Below, piece by piece: positions 24,080 through 34,800 of a stretch of 64,000 nucleotides of DNA. Numbering within the stretch: position 1 is the stretch's first letter; every line of letters begins with the position of its first letter. Where the stretch lies: the NCBI GenBank assembly GCA_030704615.1, contig CM060732.1:62992001-63056000 (forward strand), read 5' to 3'. The stretch is from Takakia lepidozioides (Eukaryota > Plantae > Bryophyta). The position numbers were made by a program, and so were the translations under genes. The notes under the pieces were generated by a model. That model searched no databases. It was not told the DNA's origin and worked only from the letters and a program-made list of their open reading frames with translations.

Positions 24080-26500
24080 TCGAAACCAAGTGCAATCTCC
24101 GAGCGTAGGTGCTTTCAACCACAATGTGTTACAATGGTGTTATCAATGGCATGGCATCCCTCCCGGTAAAGACAACGCTGAAGTAACCTACATTCTCTAG
24201 AGTCGTGTGAATGATTTCATAACTGGGGAATCTTGTCGTCCTGATGGACCATGCACTTTCCACAAACATCGCCAAAGAGGATGTCCAGCAGGATCTCTCC
24301 AAGCCCCACGCACAAACTCTGCCTTAAGTATGACAAGGTATAAATTTGGGCCTTCCATGTATTTACCATAATCCTGGTTGTGTTCAATGCATTGCGTGTC
24401 CCCTTGCTCTATTACTAATGGAAGCTCATGCTCACAACATGTACCACTGCTCATACGGGCCAGAGGACAAGACAAGTGCCCTCTTGGCGGTTAGGCCGCC
24501 ATGGCACACAAGAAATGGCGAGCACCACCTCCCAAAGAAGGGGGGGAAGCCAAGAGTCACGGCCTCTTCCTCTGAGCAGAAGCCTAAACAAGTGAGGACC
24601 ACAAAAACGAAATCGGGGGAAGGCATTAAGAGGGGATGCATGTGTCGTTTTGTAGTGAAGCAATGCTACGTGGATCCAGAAATTGCCGAGCTTGTGTATC
24701 ATGAGAAGAGACATGTCAATGGGGCTGGAGAGTTCTGTCATAGGCCTGCACATGAAACTGGGCCTGAAACTGGATGTGTTGCATTAGCTCCCCACGTCAG
24801 CGAGGAAATGACAGCATGGGTTTTGCACAACCTGCATCTAAGACTGAGTATCAGTAAAATTATGGCAAAGCACGCGCAGCGGGTGAGGGAGATGATGGAT
24901 GCTGGGTTGGAGGTCAATCGTGACACCTCCCTCCTCTCTTGGGACATTTGGAATATTGCCAACAAATGTGATGAAGAAACATTTAAGAAGCACTCGAATG
25001 GTGCACGTAGTGTGCGAATGTGGGTTGAGGCGAACCCAGGAAGTGTTTTCTACTACCAAGAAGAGGCAAATCACCCTGCATGGACATCAAATGACCGAAA
25101 ACTCGACCTCCCATTTGTGTTGGGCATTCAAATTGATTGGCAGAAAAAACAGATGGTGAAGCACGGACATTCCAAATTAGTGGCGTGTAATGCAAATGAA
25201 TATCCTGAATGCCCATGAATATAAAAAAGGTGTAATGCAACCCTAAACGTGCATGAATATCCTCAAATGTGAAGTACATATAAAGTTTAGGGTTTTGGTG
25301 ACAGTCCACTTGTTAATCAAGTTCACTAACTCCTGTTTTACATGGCTGTTGTTGCACTATCCCTTGTACACCATGATGGTGTTTGATGAGTGGTTGAATG
25401 GCATTCCAGTTGTGTATATTATATCGGCCAGGTGCAAGACCATGGATCTGCGGCCATAGATGGAGGCATTAAAACAACAGATGAAGAACGTGAAAGTGGA
25501 CTAGCGCCCCAATGCCTTCATAGTTGACGACACAGATGCAGAAATCGCTGCCATCAGGTAACTCCACCAATAGTACGTTCACTCTCCACCCATTGCCTCT
25601 ATGTCAACATGTATTTTATATATACAACGTCATGAGAAACAGATCTGTATGGGGGGATTGTGCAGTTTTCCTGTGCTTGTGGCATGTCCGGAGAGCCTGG
25701 CAAAAGAATGCAGTCGCGAAGATCAAGAATGCGGTTTTGCGAGCGGCTGTTTTGCAGGACCTTGCACACATCATGTACGACAAAATGGACACCTTTGGGG
25801 ATGCAGGTGAGGCATGGGCAGTATACAAATTAATTGAATTGCGAGAGAAGTATCTATCTGAGGTTTAGTTCTGCAACACCATGGAGACAGAGTGGCTACC
25901 CAAAGCAAAAATGTGTATAATTGGATCACGTAACATTCCCCATGCCTCCCAAGATACCAATGTTGCCATTGAAGCTTACCACAGGAACCTGAAAGCTCAA
26001 TTGAAGTGCAGCAAAAGTGTTCTCACTAGTAGGCGGATGGATTGGCTCATCTCCGAACTCACAGGTGATATCCTTACGCATTACTGGTACATGTCTCATG
26101 CGAAGGCCTATGGTTTCATCCGGAACAAAAAGCTGGAGGGATTTGTTTGTAGTTCCATTTTGCTTGCCAAACATATTCCTAAAGACAACGTCCATCTACC
26201 TGATACTCCCATAGGCCTCGCAACAGTTGAATGTCATCACCATGTAGGTAAGACATTCACCATCTATAATCCGGACTCAAAGTGGGCTTGTTGTGATTGC
26301 CCTTGGGCCAAAAAAGGCAATATGTGTGCACACCAAGTAAAAGTGCTGAAGATGCTTCACCCTCATCTTGAGGATGGGCTCATTGCAAAGTTTTGTGGAT
26401 CTCTAATGGACACATGTAGGGGTGGCCTTCTCAATTTGGTTACAGGTCCTGCTGCTTTGTGCATGACAGGGCGGGAAAAACGGTGTGTTCCTGTGAAACC
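24080..26500 (+). pseudogene. MULE transposase with SWIM zinc finger (resembles the At1g60560/At4g13970 family); spliced, with stops
   Basis: YHCSYGPED; KRGCMCRFVVK; PFVLGIQIDWQ; YPLYTMMVFD; CLWHVRRAW; QDTNVAIEAYHRNLK; SWIM CDCPWAKKGNMCAH. Intron gtaact...aacag at about 25558-25642. Boundaries approximate. Confidence 0.85.
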
Positions 26501-26782
26501 GCAAAATACATGTCAGATTATCCCGCCCCTCTGTCATGTATGCCAAGGAGCTTCCTTCAAATGCATACAATGCCAGACATAGCAGAAAGTGAGACATGTC
26601 CACATGTTCTCCCTCAGCTACATAAGTGGGTCGCAGGAACACAACCACACTTGTGTGTAGAATTGAGAGCTGCTTTGCACATTCGTCATCTTTTTTTGTG
26701 TCACCTTTCAGACCTCAGACTTGTATGTGCCTTCAATCTACCTTGTATCTGCCTTGCACTTCTTTCATTCCACTTCCTTACA

Positions 26783-28193
26783 ATGTCGGATGTGTTGCTT
26801 GAATCAGCTTCCTCCTGGTTGCAAGTGCAGCCTGAAGTCGATGAAGGCACAATGAGGGAGCTCTTGGGTGACCTCAATGGCATCGTGGGGTCCCGCATTC
26901 AAATCTTGGAAGCCTTGGTGGACTGGTCACAACCAACAGCAGGGGATATAATTCTTAGGGGTCATGAATCCGCTGCAAGAGTGGGATGGTGTGGCTTCTA
27001 CGACGAGAGCACGGCTGCTGCAAAAGAACCTAACACGCTGGTCCTCAGGTCCAGATTCTTGTGTGCACCAAACAAGGAGTGGGGACCAGTGGCTTTGGGC
27101 TGGACCCTGCTCAAGAAAACGAATGTTTCCATAAACTCATTGTAGTGGCTAGATGGTGCTTGGGACTCCATCAAGATGATTGATGCACTTCCATCCCCCA
27201 TACAATGGTTGATTCAGAGGAGAGCTTCACCATCAAGACCATGGACAACCGCAGGTGATATCTGTGTTACTCTAGAGGGCAACACTATGCATGTAATGTT
27301 TGCTTCCGTTATGCACATGCCCAAAAACACCTCTTCTGTGTTTTTGCGAGTGTTGCCTAAGTGGGGGATGAATCACTTTCAGCATTCCATTCACTTTTTT
27401 CGGTGGGATGTCCGTGTGGATGTGTGGAAGGAGAGAATGGTGAGAATAGAGACAAATGTGCCTACGTATGATTGGAATTTCAAGGAGGTAGACTGGTTAG
27501 AGATTTATTGAATGAGTGGTGCCTGGCCTGTTCGAGCATGGTGCCATTGTCCATTCCATCTTGGGAGAAGGCCGGCAGGTGGTATTCGTGAGGTACTGCA
27601 GGTGATTGCATGTGCCTTCTGCAGGATTCTTTGTAATCCACTTTTGTCTTTTATAAAATACTCCCTTCCCCTGTTGTCGCACACAGTCTCCCTGTTTCAA
27701 TTTGCATAGTCTTTGCATTGGGTTTCTTGTGTTTGTGTACTGGGTATACATGGATCCATGTGCAGATCTGAATTGCTCTGAATGACATATGCCAATTCCT
27801 GACATTGAGGTGACGGACCTCTTCTACAAATCCTTTGTTGTGCCATCTTCAATTTGTACTTTATCAATCCACAATTATGATAGTATACATCATCGTAAAG
27901 ATATAGTTTTACAATTGGCATGGTATGGTATGGTATTTGGAAACCACTCTTTGTTTGGAAACCAATTAGCAGATGATATGACATATGAACGATGGTACCA
28001 GCCCAAAGCCATGTTCAATTACAAGTTTATGACATTGCAATGGTCCCCAAAATGTATCAGGTTTGTTACATACCACAGTGGGCCTACAACAAAACTTTCA
28101 TACCAGTCTGCTGCACATTATGGAGGATTGTTGTTTAGGCACATACTGGTATACCATGATGACCACAGTACCAACTGGTATGAACCCAAATGA
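26783..28193 (+). pseudogene. MULE cargo ORF A, unknown function
   Basis: Three listed ORFs (26459, 27176, 27512) share one frame and are separated only by single stops. A possible intron precedes the 27789-28193 segment. Confidence 0.5.
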
Positions 28194-28730
28194 TGCCAAC
28201 ACCAGCTGATGTGAGGTATTTCCAATGATGTCATTTCGAAGCCATAAAAATAGCGATTATGAACAGTGTTAACAAATAAACTACACTCGAAGAAGTTAAC
28301 ATACATAACTACAAGTATGTGGTCACATGTGCCCACGCATTATTTATAGAACTCAAATGGAGAGGAGAGAAAATGGACACCACCTTCCTTTGGTATATGG
28401 CCAAGTATTCTACCAAATGATAGGAAGTGCTCTTGTATGCCCTCCCAGTGCATGTATTACCACGCCATGGTTTTGAATTCTCAACTGTATTACATGTGAT
28501 ATTGGCGGGAAATGGAGCCCAGGCGGGTTGTGGCCTGAGGTTTTGCCTTTGTTGTGACCTTTCACATGTCCTCCTCCTCTTCTTGTGTTTTTTTTTTCCC
28601 GCTGTACCAGACATCCTCCTCCTCGTCCCCTTGTAGCCTTGGTTGCACATTTGTGTTGCAGACGTTCTGTACTTCGTGTTGTGTTTTCGTGCTGTGTTTT
28701 CGTCAGTGGATTGTCCTCCCTCTCATTGCT

Positions 28731-29297
28731 ATGGCTTACACCTCCGCCGCCACCGCTTCGCAGTTGAAGGTGTGTGTACAAGATGCCCGAGACATATCCG
28801 AATCTCTCCCGCATTCTTCCACAGGTACACACACTCTTGTTTCTAGCATTGTTTTTTGTGCGGGGATGCTGAAGCACGTCTTGCTTGAGGGCGTAATCAT
28901 AATGTACAAGGCCAATGCCCCAAAAACATATGGGCTGCAGTATGTAACAATGGGCATCCCTGTAGGCATATGGGATGTACTTGCCATGGCAGCGGAGGAC
29001 AACAATTACCGTCTAGACAACACAGCGAAGGCTCGCAAATCCGGGGACCATGTGTGGATGGAGGTGAATATTCGGAGTGAGGAGAACATCTTTTGGATGG
29101 TGGAGGCTGATGTGTCCGGGGCGCTGGTAAAGATTGCAGTGTTGGATCTGAGGAAGTGCCTGCAAACTACAAGGAGCAGCATCATCGTGAAGGGCAAATT
29201 CACAATGCGGTTCAAGAAGCAATACATTGCTTCAAAAGGCCTAGACAGTGTACCTTGGTCACTGGGCATCACCGCAACTGAGGCTTTCCTTTTGTGA
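28731..29297 (+). CDS. MULE cargo ORF B, unknown, 188 aa (may extend past a frameshift)
   Basis: ATG in good context (gctATGGCT) after a pyrimidine-rich leader; globular-looking composition. Confidence 0.5.
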   Translation: MAYTSAATASQLKVCVQDARDISESLPHSSTGTHTLVSSIVFCAGMLKHVLLEGVIIMYKANAPKTYGLQYVTMGIPVGIWDVLAMAAEDNNYRLDNTAKARKSGDHVWMEVNIRSEENIFWMVEADVSGALVKIAVLDLRKCLQTTRSSIIVKGKFTMRFKKQYIASKGLDSVPWSLGITATEAFLL

Positions 29298-29845
29298 TGT
29301 CGATGAGGTAGTAGACAACCTCGTTGCCCTTAGGGTGAGCCCATGTTTGTTTGCCTTGCTGAAACCCAATATGGAAGTTCTTCTGAAGTTATGGATTGAC
29401 AGGGCCTGTCCACCATTTACCCACGCTCACATGTCTTTGCTCATGCTTCTAGAGAGCATTTCCTGTGGACAGTAGCTTCAGCCCCTGACGATGTGTATTA
29501 GAATACCCACTGTTGCAGTGAATGACTTCATACAATGCAGGGATGTCCTTATTTTTGTTGATGTCTGAAATACAACAAGTGCGTGGACGATTTGTGTATG
29601 TTGCATCGTGTTAAGTCCATTGCACATAATGGCCTGTGACGATTTACGAATATGAACAGACGCAAACACAAAAGGACACATTGTAACCTTCATGTCATAC
29701 ATGGTGCCTCAACATATCCTTGTGCATGATGGGGCTTCAGATTACTTGGGATGCATGTGAGACATTTGGGGTAGGGTGGTAGTGGGCGTCCCTCATAGTG
29801 ATGCTACTCTTATCCTCGCTCATCATACAGTGAACCCCTTATTGC

Positions 29846-30307
29846 ATGGCACTTGAACATGATGGAGACGAGGAATTTAATCCTTGGGACGTGAATGAAA
29901 GGCAATGTGCATTGGAAATGGGGGTTGGAGAGACATGTGTCTTGGAATACGTTGCGCAAAGCCCCTCCTGGTATGGTCCAGAGACACTTGCACGTCGGGT
30001 GTACGTGCATAGGCGGTGGGCTGGTTTTTTCGAGAAGAACGATGTTGCATGGGAATTCATCATAAGACCCCATGCACGCTGCACTGTATGCATGTATCAC
30101 TACGGAAATCCTAATGGCAGTCATCGGGGACCTTACGATACATTGATCTACCATTGTGCAACATATCACAGGTGTTGGAGGGTGGAGCACAAAACTCTGG
30201 CATGCATTATATTTAATATCCTAACAGAAGATGACATTCGAGCGGTCTATCCGTTTATACCATCAATGGACTATGCATATGAGTACGACTGGATTGTCAA
30301 TGGGTAG
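29846..30307 (+). CDS. MULE cargo ORF C, 153 aa, putative C2H2-like zinc finger
   Basis: CTVC-x-LIYHCATYH; uninterrupted ORF. Confidence 0.5.
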   Translation: MALEHDGDEEFNPWDVNERQCALEMGVGETCVLEYVAQSPSWYGPETLARRVYVHRRWAGFFEKNDVAWEFIIRPHARCTVCMYHYGNPNGSHRGPYDTLIYHCATYHRCWRVEHKTLACIIFNILTEDDIRAVYPFIPSMDYAYEYDWIVNG

Positions 30308-31086
30308 TTCTTATATGCATGTTCACAGGGTGCATACAATGTGAACTACAATGACTCAAAAGACAATGCAGGAAAACATTGTTCTGTTGTTTGCTTCGGT
30401 AAAGAACCACATGAAGAACTTTTGAGCACAAGCACATCATTGTAGACATGTGAGGATAGTGTGTATAATGAAATTAAGCATTGCAAAGACAGTGTAGAAC
30501 ATTCATTTCATTTTGCTGCGACAACTGTACCGAGTTCTAGTCCTAGGCTGCGAAAGGTGGGTAGCATGGACAGGAGGTTGCACAGACTGTTCAGGAAGCC
30601 TGACATGTGGTGGTCGTGCGTATTGGAGGCCATGTCCTTATGCACCCTCCAATTCTGCCATAGGATGGTGAGGTGCATGGGAGTGTGCACAAAGGACCTA
30701 AACGCTCTCACTCTGTCACCTTTACCAATCCCATTGCCACCCATACCACTCCACCTGCCAGTGCATACCTTCCTCCGCTATGTGAATTTCCATCCACCGA
30801 TAAATAAGTAGTTCCAGCCCTCTGGAAAAAAACATTGTCCAGGTCAGCATTTGCATTCGTTGCACATGCACATGTTTTTTTGGCCCATACAGTGATACTG
30901 TTATGCAGATTGTGCTGTTATGATAATGTGATGTGTTCGTGGATGCGCAGAATTCATGTGGCGATGGAAAACGTGATGTGAGTTCAACGCCCGTGCACCC
31001 TTCTTTATCATAAATCTTATGGTATACCTTCAATCATGTTTGAAACTGCAGTGTGCTTATTGTCCATCTTGACATGCTCTGTGGGG

Positions 31087-31851
31087 TCACGTAAATTCCA
31101 CCTCCCTGCATCTGATTTGTTGCATTAAAGCCTGCAATGACTGTACCGCGCGGTCTTGGTCGTCTTTCTGTCTATCCACAAGGTCTGCCACAGAGTCCAG
31201 CACCTCCGTTGTAGCTTGCTCGTATGGTGCCATGGAACCATACAGAAAGTATCCAATGTTAAGGAAATTATTGGCTGCATTTCTAATGGCCACGTGACCC
31301 TTGGTTGTGTCCAGAAGTTGGTGGAGGAGGTCGCGCAACAAAGAGTTCCTTGGTGTGGACAGGGGAGTGGTCTTCTGAATGTGACGCATCCAAATGAGAT
31401 ACAACACCCGCATGAACTCCGGTGTTTTCGGAGGTGGTGTTGTGTTTTGACTTCCTGCCAAAATGGCCATAGACATGTGGGCTTCCTCCCGCGAACGTGT
31501 AAACATATTATTAGAGAGCTCTGGGATGTCACCCGCCTTGATAATTTGGAAAAGAGGGGACCAGCCCCATTTACTCTCATGTATTTCGTCATTGATCTAT
31601 CTGTCCCATTTATTTGTGCCAGCCTCCACAAACTGAGTTCTTCTACTCTCCAACGCAGCCTGAGCAACAACCTCCTTCAGCTCACACTCCATGATGGCAG
31701 CCCTGTACTTGTGATATTTGACAACATCATTGCACTCAGCGTATTGAGCTGCATGGTCAGGAGTAAAACTAGGACGTATTGAAAAGCACGCCAATGTCTT
31801 GCAAAGAAGTGCCTCCTCCTGCGGTGGTGCATCATGCTGCTACCACACCAT
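31087..31851 (-). pseudogene. MULE cargo ORF D, unknown, frameshifted
   Basis: Three overlapping minus-strand ORFs (31597-31794, 31125-31670, 31087-31506) chain into a helical-looking protein of about 250 aa. Confidence 0.4.
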
Positions 31852-34800
31852 GACAGAGAAATGTAGTGACATTAGAACAGACCCTGAAATAATGAAGGTC
31901 ATGGATACGAAAGCAATCCAAACATAGACATTACGATGCATGAGAACAAAACCCATGCAAAACAATGTTTTCGAATTCAAATGCATATAAGAGAACATGG
32001 TGTTGCAGATCCTGAGTTGTAAATGAGAATATGCACACCTGCCAATGCATGGTGAAGAAAATTCCACGGGCTTCAGCTACATGTAATACATGTGCCTCCA
32101 AGAGGAACAACCTTACAATAAAGATGCTAGAATACAAATTTGCATGAGAACATGACCATTCCACATACTTAAATGCGTGCTCACAGATGGACAAATAAAC
32201 ATGGAGAGACAAAGCAAATGAAAAGGAAAGCGTTTTGGTATACGTACACTTCTTTCCGAATCGTGTTGCACAGGATCCAAGCGCTACTTACATGAAAAAA
32301 ACGGGCGAAGGGTGTGTAACCAAAGCAAATGACTACCATGAAATAGGAAAGACTGACGCTGTTGAGAACCTCCTCCGAAAGCGCTTTCCTGCGGGGCATA
32401 TTTCACTCAACTTGCCACAACGTTCACTCATCTACACATGATGTTTCCAGAGCAGGCAATACGGCACCGATATAGACGGTGGCACGCTTCATGCGATGTG
32501 GTTGCTGAGAGACGATCCCTCGCATACGAAGTGTCGCCTTCACCGTCTGTGTAAGCACCTCACAATCACTTCCGCAAAGCACGATCATGTCCTAATCTGT
32601 ATGCAATTATGAACAATGCATATATGAGCAGATATGCATACATGTGAGATGATGCATGCATGTATGACAACCTTCACATATGGATGCATGCGTGGTGGTA
32701 ATATAGTTGATGTAAAACCGTTTCATGTATTACTTTGGTGACCGCATAGGGGGCAGGGGAGGGGGCCGGGCGGGGGGAGACAGGAAGCCCAATTGCGGCG
32801 ACGTGGCCCTCCCCTCACCCCTTTGCATGGCGGCGTTGCACACCCGCCCAGGGAGCATTCAACTCCCGGGCCTTTTGTATCACTTGGCATAATGCACCAT
32901 TCCGCCATACACGAGTGAGAGGGAAGAGATGAAACAGCTTATCAATGTGGGTTCGGCCCCAGTCACGTCGTTCCACTTTTTAATCCATACTGCTACACTC
33001 AATGATCTGCCTCTCCCACCATATCTGAAGAAGTGAGATTTTATCATTCTCTTTCCTTTGATAATTGGATTGCACTAAAAAGCCAGGGAAAATCTAACGC
33101 CACCAGGCTAAACATGAAGAGATGCGGCCCAGAGAACGCCAGCCACCCACGGCATGCTAATTAAGAAAGCTGACGGACAGGTCCACCAGAGGCTTTGACG
33201 CTTTGACCTTGTCCACGTCGAAACAGTAATGTAATCGACCTGACTTTGACACTGAGCAATAGCCCAACTGCCTACCTTCCTTCTAATCATATATAGGCTG
33301 GAGAACCTACACACCAGACAAGGAGCTTGAACGAGCAGAATATGAAAGCGGCAGAAAGCCTACATAACTTCAACCTCCACTGAACGCTTGTGATGAGCCT
33401 TGACTTTGGCATCTATCCAAGACTCAAGTTCGTCTTGTTCGTGGCGTTCTACCAGAGGAGCTCCCAAACTAGGTGCATGAGATCCCCAGTAGCTGGGAAG
33501 GCACTCCGCCCAGAGAACACGATTCTGTCTTGTCACAAATGCAGTGTGTGTAGAGTGTAGGCTCCTGCAGTGTAGGCCTTCCTGGCTAGCACGATCAGCT
33601 CCAGTTCCCAAGGTAGAAGTGCAGAGCTGGATGACAGTATTACTTTTTGCCCTCATGCTCATGATGAATGTCAGTGTTGTTGAAGGAGACAGTAAGTGCA
33701 TCTTCTGCTCACGCTCAGATCGATGATTGATCCACCAACCTGAGTAGATGGAGGTGGTAAATTCACCTTCAATGCTTTCCGGGCTCGTGACAAATACAGA
33801 GGGGCTTGTTTTGTCTCTTCTTTGATTGACGCAGTCGACATTCGAGGGAGGCATTGAAATTTGAGACCCCTGAGAAACGTTTATTAGCGAGTTGCGGAAA
33901 TAATTTCGGCGGCTATCTTTGTCAACAATCAATAGCTAACAGAACATTTTTACCTTCCCGGCCCCCGCTGACCGAATCTCTCTTTTGTAGCGTTTCCTTT
34001 AGTGTTCTTTGCTGATTCTCTGGACGGTCCTTCAGGTTGAAGTTTTGAACACATATTTCGGAAGTCGTGTACAAAACCTGACCTTTAATATGGAACTTCA
34101 TAGAATCCTGATGACCACGAATTCGTGAACCATGCTGTAGAACAGCAGGAGTCACTAAAAACAGAGATGCAGTATGGTCCTGAAATAGGTCGGAGGCCAA
34201 AGACGCAAAAAACCTGCCTAGGCCTAGCCGGCAGGGGCGTACAGAAAAGACCTTTAAAAGCGAGAGATTTCCGAACGAGTACCTATCTAGGACATGGAGG
34301 CCCCCCAGTAGAGGGGAGAGAAAGGGGTCCCCTCAACTGATCAATTTCCACGCGATCTTTGCTTACGAATATAATAAGAGGACATCAGAAACTGGAGAGT
34401 GATCTGTGTTTTGAACACTACTGTGGTCTTGATTGCAAACTCCTGAAGTCAAGCGCTGCCGAGCATGTATAGTATTGCAGAGTATTGCTATTTCACGCGG
34501 TTGGAGCCCCATCACAGTCAAGCACTATCTACCAAGTGTGGCTGGCCCCCTGAGTGCAAACCCACCAAGGACCAAACGACGGGCCAAAACATTCCCAGTT
34601 TTTGGCTTTTCCCTTCGGACAGAGAAGAGCCGCCAACTAGGAACGAGGAAAAGATAATCTCACCTGGCAGGCCATGGAGGTTTCTCTACGTATTAGATCT
34701 TGATTTTTTTCCAAAAATTGTAATCAACTGATAGCAAAGGCTAAGATGAAGAAGGCTCTTGCCAAAGCAGTGAACCGGAAAGGGATAAGTATAGAGACCT

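Larger units (their letters stand above)
23605..32888 (+). mobile_element. Mutator-like element (MULE), 9284 bp
   Basis: 51-bp TIRs (23605-23655 and 32838-32888, 49/51 identical, G...C ends); 9-bp TSD atgctgcac / ataatgcac; SWIM-type transposase inside. Confidence 0.88.

Noticed and set aside
33360-33932. 190-aa minus-strand ORF
   Set aside because: No recognisable domain, signal peptide or splice context; could be chance.
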